Of a stretch of DNA of 64,000 nucleotides, positions 1 through 8,306 are shown piece by piece. The notes beneath the pieces were generated by a model. The model ran no database searches. It had not been told where the DNA came from and worked only from the letters and a program-made list of their open reading frames with translations. Origin of the DNA: Candidatus Pollutiaquabacter sp. (GTDB taxonomy: Bacteria > Bacteroidota > Bacteroidia > AKYH767-A > 2013-40CM-41-45). The translations under genes were made by a program, and so were the position numbers. The stretch covers positions 20,503 through 84,502 of the forward strand of contig CANIAS010000003.1 of assembly GCA_947465495.1 (NCBI GenBank). The letters are read 5' to 3'. Within the stretch, counting starts at the first letter, position 1. Each line of letters begins with the position of its first letter.

Positions 1-864
1 GTCGTGCGGGAGCTCTTCATAGAGGGATTTCCAGGTACCTAGATCGCTCCAGCCAAATTCAGCAGATAGTACATACACATTTTTTGCCTTCTCCATAATT
101 CCGTAATCGATGGAGATATTGGTGCATTTTTCATAGGTGCGTTTGATAAAGTCTGCTTCTTCCGGTGTGCCATACATACTTTTTCCCTCTTCGAATAAGG
201 CGGACATATCCGGAAGGTAATCTTTAAAGGCATTAAGAATGCTATCAGCACGCCACAGAAAAATGCCTGCGTTCCATAGAAACTCACCGCTTTTCAAGAA
301 GAATTTTGCCATTTCAAGATTTGGCTTCTCCGTAAAAGTCTTTACGCGGGATATACTGAAATCTTCTTTAGTATCCGTCTCTTGAAATTGAATGTAGCCG
401 TAACCGGTATCCGGGCGGCTAGGTTGAATGCCGATGGTAAGTAAGTGGTCGCCAGAAGCGGTGAAAGCTAAGCCTTTGAGCACTGCTTCTTGAAAACGTT
501 TCTCGTCTTTGATGATGTGATCAGAAGGAGCAACTACTAGGTTAGCTTCCGGATTCAATCGAAATATTTTTTCAGCAGCATAGGCTACACAGGGCGCAGT
601 ATTTCTGCGCATTGGTTCGGCCAGTACTCGTTCTGGTTGAAGGTGTGGGAGTTGATGGAACACATGGTCTACGTAACTTTCATTGGTAACGATGAAGATG
701 TTTTCTTTCGGGCAAATAGAAAGGAATCGTTCGTAGGTTTGTTGAATGAGTGTTTGGCCCGTACCCAAAATATCCAGAAACTGTTTCGGGAAATTGTTCC
801 GACTCATCGGCCAAAAACGACTGCCGATTCCGCCGGCCATAATCACACAATAATTATTCTTCAT
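1..864 (-). CDS. manC: Mannose-1-phosphate guanylyltransferase (runs off the window edge)
   Basis: Not in the ORF track. Manual translation from ATG at 864: MKNNYCVIMAGGIGSRFWPMSRNNFPKQFLDILG...EPMRRNTAPC...PSDH...TIGIQP.RPDTGYGYI, the nucleotidyltransferase signature. Confidence 0.93.
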   Translation of the reverse strand, partial: MKNNYCVIMAGGIGSRFWPMSRNNFPKQFLDILGTGQTLIQQTYERFLSICPKENIFIVTNESYVDHVFHQLPHLQPERVLAEPMRRNTAPCVAYAAEKIFRLNPEANLVVAPSDHIIKDEKRFQEAVLKGLAFTASGDHLLTIGIQPSRPDTGYGYIQFQETDTKEDFSISRVKTFTEKPNLEMAKFFLKSGEFLWNAGIFLWRADSILNAFKDYLPDMSALFEEGKSMYGTPEEADFIKRTYEKCTNISIDYGIMEKAKNVYVLSAEFGWSDLGTWKSLYEELPHD

Positions 865-910
865 TCAAAGTGTTGAGTTGGTAGTTGTAAATGCGTGTAG
901 AAAAGTACAA

Positions 911-2188
911 TCAGGAGAGACTTGATAGTACTTTTTTCAGTTGAAGGAACAGTTCATCGATTTCTGTTTTGTTGCAGGTGCCTACCGACAACCGATACCA
1001 AGTGGAGTTTTCATTGGCACCGAAGAAGGCGAAAGGAACAATGGCTAAATGAACCTCATCCAATAGGAACTGAGTAACGTCTTTCTGAGTTTGTAATACT
1101 TTTCCAGATGCAGTCTTTTTTCCTTGCAATTTAATATTCACTGTTAAGTAGATGGCAGCTTGTGGAGCAATGGCGTCAACTGGGAAGCCTTGATTTTTCA
1201 GTTCGTGAAACCCGTTGTAAAAACGCTCAAGGCGTTCGGAAATTTCATTTTTAAAATGGATGAGGAAATTATTGATGGCAGGTTTCTGCTTCAGGAACTT
1301 TGCAGCAGCCACCTGCTCTGCTTTTGGAGCCCAAGCACCGACGTGCGTTAAAACGGCTTTCATTTTGTCCATGATGCGTTGAGGTCCGAACGCCCAACCT
1401 ACACGGATACCGGTAGCTGCAAATGACTTGGACATGCCATCAATGAAGACGGTATATGGACGTAGTTCTGGACGAATACGTACGGGATCAAAGTGTTGTG
1501 TGCCTCCGAAAGTCAGAACCCAATATACCTGGTCGAACATGATATAGAGTGGTTTTACACCAGGACCACGCCGACGATTTTCTTCCAAAACCAGCTCGCA
1601 AATTGTTTCCAGCTGATAATGACTGAATACTGTTCCAGTAGGATTTAAGGGTGAACACAGCGAAAGAAGATTTGCATTGGCCAGGTGTGGCCTCAACTCA
1701 TCAGCCGTAGGCATGAAATTATTCTCCGGTTGGGTTTCCACGAAAATGGCATTCGCTTGCGTAAGGTGGCAATAATGATTGTTGTTCCAGGATGGAACCG
1801 GAAAGACTACCGTATCACCTTTGTCAAGAATGGTGGTGTAAAAAGCAAAGATGAGGGGACGTGCTCCTCCGGCTACCAGAATCTCTTCAGCTGAATAGTT
1901 GAGACCTTGATGTTCTTCGAGGAATTCAGCAATTTCTTTGCGGAGCTCGAGTACCCCATTGGCCGCAGGATAATTGGTTTGATTATCACGGTACGCAGCA
2001 ATAATTTCAGTGGTAAGTTCTGCGGGTATTGGAAAGATGTTTGAATCGAAATCGCCGATGGTGTAATTGAAAACGCGTTCACCATTACGAATCTTCTCAT
2101 GGACTTCTGCTGCCAATTTGATGATTTCCGATCCGATTAGGTTTTCAGCCATTTCGGAAACGAGCAGGGTGGGTGTATTCTGAGCCAT
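911..2188 (-). CDS. PLP-dependent aminotransferase class I/II (aspartate aminotransferase-like)
   Basis: SPLNPTG, DQVY, and SKSFAATGIRVGW with the PLP lysine; TACCTTTG -7 element at 2212-2219. Confidence 0.9.
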   Translation of the reverse strand: MAQNTPTLLVSEMAENLIGSEIIKLAAEVHEKIRNGERVFNYTIGDFDSNIFPIPAELTTEIIAAYRDNQTNYPAANGVLELRKEIAEFLEEHQGLNYSAEEILVAGGARPLIFAFYTTILDKGDTVVFPVPSWNNNHYCHLTQANAIFVETQPENNFMPTADELRPHLANANLLSLCSPLNPTGTVFSHYQLETICELVLEENRRRGPGVKPLYIMFDQVYWVLTFGGTQHFDPVRIRPELRPYTVFIDGMSKSFAATGIRVGWAFGPQRIMDKMKAVLTHVGAWAPKAEQVAAAKFLKQKPAINNFLIHFKNEISERLERFYNGFHELKNQGFPVDAIAPQAAIYLTVNIKLQGKKTASGKVLQTQKDVTQFLLDEVHLAIVPFAFFGANENSTWYRLSVGTCNKTEIDELFLQLKKVLSSLS

Positions 2189-2289
2189 ACCGGTGTTGCG
2201 TAAACCGTCCGCAAAGGTACTCTAAAAATAAGTACACAGTACCCTTGTTGCTCACCCGGGAAGCTTCCTTTTATTGTAAAAACACAATT

Positions 2290-2940
2290 TCAGGTCGATT
2301 CCCGGGATGCTGCATCAGTCAATAATTGCACTTCAGCCAGACTGCTAACCAGGTAGGCTTTCCCCGAAGAAATTTCTTGGCAGCGATATCGTGTCCGGTT
2401 CTTAACCCCTTTTTGAAAGGTCAATTTAGATCGATCACCATAGAGCCTGAAAATGCTTCCGTCTGGTAATTCGTCTAGGTGATATACAGGTACACTGGTT
2501 GGCGGATCATAACATTTTAGTGCTTTCATCAAGGCTGCGTCGTGGCAACTGGAAGATGGTGGATGCAAGAGATGCCGCTGCAAGACTTCTTCAAGGTCAT
2601 TGGGAAAGATCCCCATCTCCAGAAAATATCCTAGTAGAATTTTAAATTCTTGCTTCCATTCTTTGCCATGAGGTTCGTGATATTGGCCATACTTGATAAA
2701 ACTATGTAAGTGTGCAACTTCATGCGTGAAGGTGATCAAGAATGCATATTTGTTTAAGTCGTGATTGACCGTAATACGATGCCCTTGTCCATTTTCCAAT
2801 GGACGGTAGTCACCTAATTTAGAACTCCGTACACCTGTGATTTTTAAATGGATGTTTCTTGACCGAATCCAGCGCGTACACACTGGAATAGCAGGCTCCG
2901 GCATGTATTTGGCCAATACTTCTTCAATGGTCGTAGCCAT
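2290..2940 (-). CDS. SprT-like zinc metalloprotease domain protein
   Basis: TFTHEVAH (HExxH) followed by PHGKEWK, typical of the SprT family. Confidence 0.85.
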   Translation of the reverse strand: MATTIEEVLAKYMPEPAIPVCTRWIRSRNIHLKITGVRSSKLGDYRPLENGQGHRITVNHDLNKYAFLITFTHEVAHLHSFIKYGQYHEPHGKEWKQEFKILLGYFLEMGIFPNDLEEVLQRHLLHPPSSSCHDAALMKALKCYDPPTSVPVYHLDELPDGSIFRLYGDRSKLTFQKGVKNRTRYRCQEISSGKAYLVSSLAEVQLLTDAASREST

Positions 2941-3016
2941 GGCGTGTTCCTGATAGCAACGGGTGCTTTAGCTCGATTGATTTATTCAAATTGTACAATA
3001 GGTCCGAGCGAAGCAT

Positions 3017-5146
3017 TTATGGTTTTAAGAGCTGATAGGCGATGAGCCCCGATAGGTAGGCCAGCCCACTCATGTAAAACAACTGGATGAGTGGGTATTT
3101 GATATGTTTGGTTTCACGATAGACAGTCGCCAGTGTACTCATGCATTGCATAGCGAAAGCATAAAACAATAATAGAGAAAGTCCGACGGCCAAAGTATAT
3201 CGTGGCCCACCGGTAATCGGATTTCGTTCGGCCATAAGCTTCTCTTTTAATGTACGTTGCGCTGCACGTTGATCGCCTACGCTATAAATGGTAGACATGG
3301 TGCCGACAAAAACTTCGCGTGCAGCAAAGGAAGTGATTAATGCGATGCCAATTTTCCAGTCGTAGCCGATTGGTCGGATGACGGGTTCTATGATATGACC
3401 TAGGTGACCTGCGTAGGATTGCTCCAGTTTCTCACTTTGTATGTCGTGTTCAAAGGCTTCGACTGGAATATTCTTTTGAATGGCAGCGTTGGCATATTTT
3501 TGTTCGATGCGTTGGAAACTATCTCCTGGTCCGAAGGAGGAGAGCATCCAGAGGATAATCGAAATGGCCAGAATAATTTTTCCGGCGTCGAAAAGGAAGA
3601 TGCGAACTTTTTCAATAATGTGCAGCCCGATTGTTTTCCAGCGGGGTAAGCGATACATTGGTAATTCCATCACATAGTAGCTACGCTCTGTTGATTTTAA
3701 TAGGTTTTTCATCACCCAGGCTGCACCCAGTGCAGCGATAAAACCAATCAGGTATAATAACATCATGACGATTCCTTGCAAAGAAAATCCAGCTAATCGA
3801 TCACCTGGGATTACCAATGCGACCAATAAGGTATAGACTGGCAATCGTGCGGAACAACTCATCAAAGGTGTTACCATCAGTGTGATCATTCGTTCCTTAC
3901 GGTTGCGTATCGTACGCGTGGAGAGCAGGGCAGGTACCGCACAGGCAACGCCACTCATTAGCGGAATCAATGATTTTCCATTTAATCCGAAACCGCGCAT
4001 TAGCCGGTCCATCAGAAAGCTGACGCGCGACATGTACCCTGTATCTTCCAAAATGGCGATGAAGAAGAATAATAAGGCAATCTGTGGAATGAATACTACA
4101 ATTCCGTTAATGCCAGCCAATACACCGCCCACTAGTAAGTCGTTTAGTATACCTGGAGGAAGTGTTGACTGTACTTTTGAATTCAACCAGTTGAATCCCT
4201 CGTCAATCAGCTCCATAGGAAGTGACGCCCACGTGAAGATTGATTGAAAAATGATGAATAGCACAGCAAGGAAAATGACGTATCCCCAAATTCGATGCGT
4301 GAGTAATGAGTCGATTTTATAAGAATACGATTGTTGAATCGGTCGAGTCTTTTCACGAACACACTCTTGCAAATAATTTGAAATTAATTTATAACGCTCT
4401 AAGGTTTCACGAGCTTGCAATTGCTGCGCGTCAAAGGCGTTATGCTTGGTCAGATCGAGGATGGCCGTTCGGTGTTCATCCGACATTTCACCCGTTTCAA
4501 TCAGGTGTAAATTATTAGCGACTAAGAAAGCGTTGTAGTCACTGTTTACATGTAAGTTTTTTCGGATGGCGTCGACCACTTGCGGGGCCATGCTACGAGA
4601 ATCCAAATGTTGTTTGCCAGCAGGTCGGTCGACTTCGGCAATGGCTGCTTTTAGTTCTTTCAGACCTTCACCCTTGCGTGCGGTCATGGGCACGACTCGC
4701 GCTCCCATTCTTTTCTCCAATTCTTTAAAATTAATCTCAGCGCCGCTGCTACGTACCATATCCATCATATTGATGGCCAGAATAACAGGTATATTAAGAT
4801 CGATGACTTGTGAAGAAAGAAAAAGATTCCGTTTTAGGTTCGTGCCATCAGCGACTACAATGACAAGATCCGGATGCATCGCATGATCCGGATTGCAAAG
4901 TAGTCGGAATGGTAATTCCTCTTCCGGGGATTTTGGATACAGGGAATAAGTGCCGGGTAGATCAATTATTTCTGCTTGGACAATAGATCCGTCGTCGCCT
5001 TTGATTGTGCATTTTCCCGTGTGTTGTTCCACGGTCACCCCGGGGAAGTTTGCAATCTTTTGATGAAGTCCAGTAAGTTCATTAAAAACCGTTGACTTCC
5101 CCGAATTAGGATTGCCTACCAGTGCGATCTTTATGCGTCTTTCCAT
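3017..5146 (-). CDS. feoB: Ferrous iron transport protein B
   Basis: GNPNSGKS, NFPGVTVE, DLPGTYSL, NMMD GTPase motifs plus the membrane domain (MSCSARLPVY, AREV). Confidence 0.97.
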   Translation of the reverse strand: MERRIKIALVGNPNSGKSTVFNELTGLHQKIANFPGVTVEQHTGKCTIKGDDGSIVQAEIIDLPGTYSLYPKSPEEELPFRLLCNPDHAMHPDLVIVVADGTNLKRNLFLSSQVIDLNIPVILAINMMDMVRSSGAEINFKELEKRMGARVVPMTARKGEGLKELKAAIAEVDRPAGKQHLDSRSMAPQVVDAIRKNLHVNSDYNAFLVANNLHLIETGEMSDEHRTAILDLTKHNAFDAQQLQARETLERYKLISNYLQECVREKTRPIQQSYSYKIDSLLTHRIWGYVIFLAVLFIIFQSIFTWASLPMELIDEGFNWLNSKVQSTLPPGILNDLLVGGVLAGINGIVVFIPQIALLFFFIAILEDTGYMSRVSFLMDRLMRGFGLNGKSLIPLMSGVACAVPALLSTRTIRNRKERMITLMVTPLMSCSARLPVYTLLVALVIPGDRLAGFSLQGIVMMLLYLIGFIAALGAAWVMKNLLKSTERSYYVMELPMYRLPRWKTIGLHIIEKVRIFLFDAGKIILAISIILWMLSSFGPGDSFQRIEQKYANAAIQKNIPVEAFEHDIQSEKLEQSYAGHLGHIIEPVIRPIGYDWKIGIALITSFAAREVFVGTMSTIYSVGDQRAAQRTLKEKLMAERNPITGGPRYTLAVGLSLLLFYAFAMQCMSTLATVYRETKHIKYPLIQLFYMSGLAYLSGLIAYQLLKP

Positions 5147-5167
5147 GAAGGTTGGAGTGCTGCGACG

Positions 5168-5407
5168 TTAAAAAGAAGTTCGGACGCGGATGGACGAGGC
5201 CTCATCCTTACGCAAGCTCAACATATACCCGGATACTGCAATGGCTATAGGGTCGCCCAATGGAGCTACCCGAATCACTTCTACCGTTTCGCCAGGGATA
5301 CACCCCATTTCGAGCAATTTCAGGGAGATTTCGTAGTCGGTAAAGCTCTCTACCAGCGCTTTTTGCCCCAACTTGACTTCCGATAATGCACAAAGTTGGT
5401 TCGACAC
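5168..5407 (-). CDS. feoA: Ferrous iron transport protein A
   Basis: LLEMG..PG...RVAPLGDPI...LSLRKDEA; directly upstream of feoB; GTG start. Confidence 0.95.
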   Translation of the reverse strand: MSNQLCALSEVKLGQKALVESFTDYEISLKLLEMGCIPGETVEVIRVAPLGDPIAIAVSGYMLSLRKDEASSIRVRTSF

Positions 5408-5410
5408 GCT

Positions 5411-5429
5411 ATTTAGAATGATTATAAAG
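5411..5429. promoter_or_regulatory. Putative Fur box
   Basis: ATTTAGAATGATTATAAAG, an imperfect palindrome resembling the Bacteroidota Fur operator ATTTAGAATnATTCTAAAT. Lies between the -7 element (TACTTTTG, 5437-5444, minus strand) and the feoA start. Confidence 0.7.
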
Positions 5430-5563
5430 TAGACATCAAAAGTAGTCCAATTTTCCCATTCTTTTTGTGAACTTGGAGTGTTTGAAATAAATTTAAACTA
5501 TTGAAAAACATGATATTGCAATTATCAAAGGCGAGTGGAAGGCCAGTTCGTCCAAATGCTGCT

Positions 5564-5704
5564 TCAACCTTTACTGGTAGGTGTTGTGTGTGCGTTTTTT
5601 ACCTTTCCGAATTTCGGGCAATCACACTTTTTCTTAAAAATAAAGCAACTGCTCATGGTGATGAGCAACATTCCTGCTAAAGCAACAAAGGCGATTTTTT
5701 TCAT
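5564..5704 (-). CDS. Small putative lipoprotein (46 aa) with a CxCP motif
   Basis: Manual translation MKKIAFVALAGMLLITMSSCFIFKKKCDCPKFGKVKNAHTTPTSKG: basic N-terminus, hydrophobic stretch, lipobox-like MSS-C20. Below the ORF-track cutoff. Confidence 0.7.
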   Translation of the reverse strand: MKKIAFVALAGMLLITMSSCFIFKKKCDCPKFGKVKNAHTTPTSKG

Positions 5705-5795
5705 TGTGTTAAAGGTACATAATAGTACCACTGTTGAGAAGCCATTTTAATGCGTCAACTAACGGTGGTCTGATTTTGTATTTTTACACCAGCAT

Positions 5796-6536
5796 ATGAA
5801 TTGGCTTTTTCATTTAGGGCGGTATTGGATGTTCGTCAAGGATATGATGAACCGTCCAGAGAAGTTCTCCATCTACTGGAAACAGTTTGTTCGTGAATTG
5901 GATAATTTCGGATACGGTTCCTTGGGAATCGTTGCTTTAGTATCTACGTTCATGGGAGCGGTCATCACTATTCAGACCGTTTACAATCTATTTAACCCGT
6001 TGATCCCTTTGTCGGCGGTGGGAATTGTAGCTCGCGATTCGATTATTTTGGAGTTTTCTCCAACGATGATCAGCCTGGTATTAGCAGGTAAAATAGGTTC
6101 AAGCATCGCCTCTGAAATTGGTACGATGCGCGTGACAGAGCAAATAGATGCCCTTGAAATTATGGGAATCAATTCAGCAGCCTACTTGGTGCTTCCAAAG
6201 GTGGTGGCTGCGGTATTGATATTCCCATTCGTAGTAACTATCTCGATGTTTCTCGGCATTTTCGGTGGATGGATTGCCGGTACAGCTTCTGGCGTTATTC
6301 CATCCGTTGATTACATTCAAGGATTACAGAATCAATTTATCCCCTATAACGTAACGTTTGCCATTATCAAATCAATTACGTTTGCCTACATCATCACTAC
6401 TGTATCTTCCTATCATGGTTATCATACAAAAGGTGGCGCACTCGAAGTTGGTAAGTCTAGTACGGATGCCGTTGTTTATAGTAGCATAATGATCCTAATC
6501 TTCGATTATATCTTGACTCAGCTAATCCTGATATGA
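5796..6536 (+). CDS. mlaE: MlaE-family ABC transporter permease
   Basis: GSSIASEIGTMRVTEQIDALEIMG and GGALEVGKSST motifs. Confidence 0.92.
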   Translation: MNWLFHLGRYWMFVKDMMNRPEKFSIYWKQFVRELDNFGYGSLGIVALVSTFMGAVITIQTVYNLFNPLIPLSAVGIVARDSIILEFSPTMISLVLAGKIGSSIASEIGTMRVTEQIDALEIMGINSAAYLVLPKVVAAVLIFPFVVTISMFLGIFGGWIAGTASGVIPSVDYIQGLQNQFIPYNVTFAIIKSITFAYIITTVSSYHGYHTKGGALEVGKSSTDAVVYSSIMILIFDYILTQLILI

Positions 6537-7282
6537 TTGAATTAAAAAAAATATCGAAACGTTTTGAAAGTCGGAACATTCTGAGTGATGTATCTGCGAC
6601 ATTTCAAAAAGGACATATCAACCTCGTCATTGGAGGATCTGGATCCGGAAAAACGGTCATGATGAAATGTATGGTCGGACTCGAGGAGATTGACGAAGGT
6701 GAAATTATCTACGATGGCCAACGCTTTTCAGGATTAACTAAGAAAGAACGTAAACCGTATCGCCAACAGATCGGCATGGTCTTTCAAGGTGGAGCACTTT
6801 TCGACTCGCTCAATGTCGAACAGAATGTAATGTTCCCCCTGAGCATGTTTACCGAGATGTCCTTGGAAGAAAAAAGAGACCGTGTCAATTTCTGCTTGAA
6901 ACGAGTCAATCTTCCTACCGCTCAAAAGCTGATGCCTTCTGAATTAAGTGGCGGAATGAAAAAGCGAGTGGCGATCGCCCGTGCTATTGCTACCAATCCC
7001 AATTACCTTTTTTGCGACGAGCCTAACTCTGGACTCGATCCACGTACCTCCATTGTTATAGACAATCTTATCAAAGAGATTACAGAGGAGTTCAATATAA
7101 CGACCATTGTCAATACCCATGATATGAATTCGGTGCTTGAAATTGGGGATAAAATCATCTTCCTCTATCAAGGCAGTAAGTGGTGGGAGGGTAACGTAGA
7201 TGATATTTTGCGGACTGACAATAAAGAAATCAACGATTTCATCTTTGCTTCCAAACTTGCTAAAGGAATCAAAAAGGTCTGA
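6533..7282 (+). CDS. mlaF: MlaF-family ABC transporter ATP-binding protein
   Basis: GGSGSGKT, FQGGALFDSL, ELSGGMKKR, DEPNSGLDP; ATGA overlap with mlaE. Confidence 0.9.
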   Translation: MIELKKISKRFESRNILSDVSATFQKGHINLVIGGSGSGKTVMMKCMVGLEEIDEGEIIYDGQRFSGLTKKERKPYRQQIGMVFQGGALFDSLNVEQNVMFPLSMFTEMSLEEKRDRVNFCLKRVNLPTAQKLMPSELSGGMKKRVAIARAIATNPNYLFCDEPNSGLDPRTSIVIDNLIKEITEEFNITTIVNTHDMNSVLEIGDKIIFLYQGSKWWEGNVDDILRTDNKEINDFIFASKLAKGIKKV

Positions 7283-7285
7283 CCA

Positions 7286-8230
7286 TTGCACTTCTACCAG
7301 CCTGAACGGATTCAAATTGTCGATTCACACACAGGTGGTGAGCCTACACGTGTTGTGCTTGATGGTGGACCTGACCTTGGCGGTGGAACAGTAGCTGAAC
7401 GTCAATATTTACTTCAACAGCAATTTGATTTTTTCAGGACTGCAGTGATTCACGAACCGCGTGGTTCTGCTGTACTGGTAGGCGCACTATTAATTCCTGC
7501 GTCAGTACCTGATTGTGTGACTGGCGTGATTTTCTTTAACAACGTCGGGTACCTTGGCATGTGTGGCCATGGCACCATTGGCGTTGTAAGTACGTTGCAT
7601 CACCTGGGTAGAATTCATTCCGGCAGCATTCGAATTGAAACTTCAGTTGGAGTGGTAGCAGCACACCTTGGCGAGGATGGTTCAGTTTCCATTGCTAATG
7701 TTCCCAGTTACCGCAAGGTAAAAGACCTTGAAGTGGATGTGCCGGGCATCGGTAATGTAATTGGCGATGTTGCGTGGGGTGGAAATTGGTTTTATCTGGT
7801 AAGGCCATCAGAGCAATCGATATCACAGGATCAAATAGAAACTTTGACCAATCGCGCATGGAGCATTCGACAAGCAGTCAACAATCAAGGATATCCGGAA
7901 GTAGATCATATTGAGATTTTCGGACCCGCTGCTGCCTCTGAGAATGATTCGCGTAATTTTGTATTATGCCCGGGTAAAGAGTACGACCGATCACCGTGTG
8001 GCACCGGCACCAGTGCTAAATTAGCGTGCTTGGCACAAGATGGGAAATTAGCAGAAGGTGCTGAATGGTTACAAGAGAGTATTGTTGGCAGTGTGTTTCG
8101 TGGAACCTATACATGGCTCGATCGCGAAGCAGGCGTAATAGCACCACTTATAACAGGTAAAGCTTATGTAACCGGCGAAACGTTATTGCTGTTTGATCCT
8201 AACGATCCTTATCGTTGGGGAATCAAATGA
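7286..8230 (+). CDS. Proline racemase family protein, likely 4-hydroxyproline 2-epimerase
   Basis: DSHTGGEPTR, catalytic MCGHG and DRSPCGTGT cysteine pair, DVAWGGNWF. Confidence 0.88.
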   Translation: MHFYQPERIQIVDSHTGGEPTRVVLDGGPDLGGGTVAERQYLLQQQFDFFRTAVIHEPRGSAVLVGALLIPASVPDCVTGVIFFNNVGYLGMCGHGTIGVVSTLHHLGRIHSGSIRIETSVGVVAAHLGEDGSVSIANVPSYRKVKDLEVDVPGIGNVIGDVAWGGNWFYLVRPSEQSISQDQIETLTNRAWSIRQAVNNQGYPEVDHIEIFGPAAASENDSRNFVLCPGKEYDRSPCGTGTSAKLACLAQDGKLAEGAEWLQESIVGSVFRGTYTWLDREAGVIAPLITGKAYVTGETLLLFDPNDPYRWGIK

Positions 8231-8256
8231 ACCAATAATTGGCCCAATTGAAGCGC

Positions 8257-8290
8257 AAAAAAAAGCCTGCCCTTTTGAGGCAGGCTTTTT
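8257..8290. terminator. Bidirectional intrinsic terminator
   Basis: A8-GCCTGCC-CTTTTGA-GGCAGGC-T5 between convergent genes. Confidence 0.85.
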
Positions 8291-8306
8291 AATAAACTAG
8301 ACCGGA

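Noticed and set aside
39-876. Track ORFs 39..287 (-) and 637..876 (+)
   Set aside because: Both overlap the manC frame (864 to <1, minus strand) that the track missed; shadow ORFs.
5535-5750. 71-aa plus-strand ORF
   Set aside because: Antisense to the more convincing signal-peptide-bearing mini-lipoprotein.
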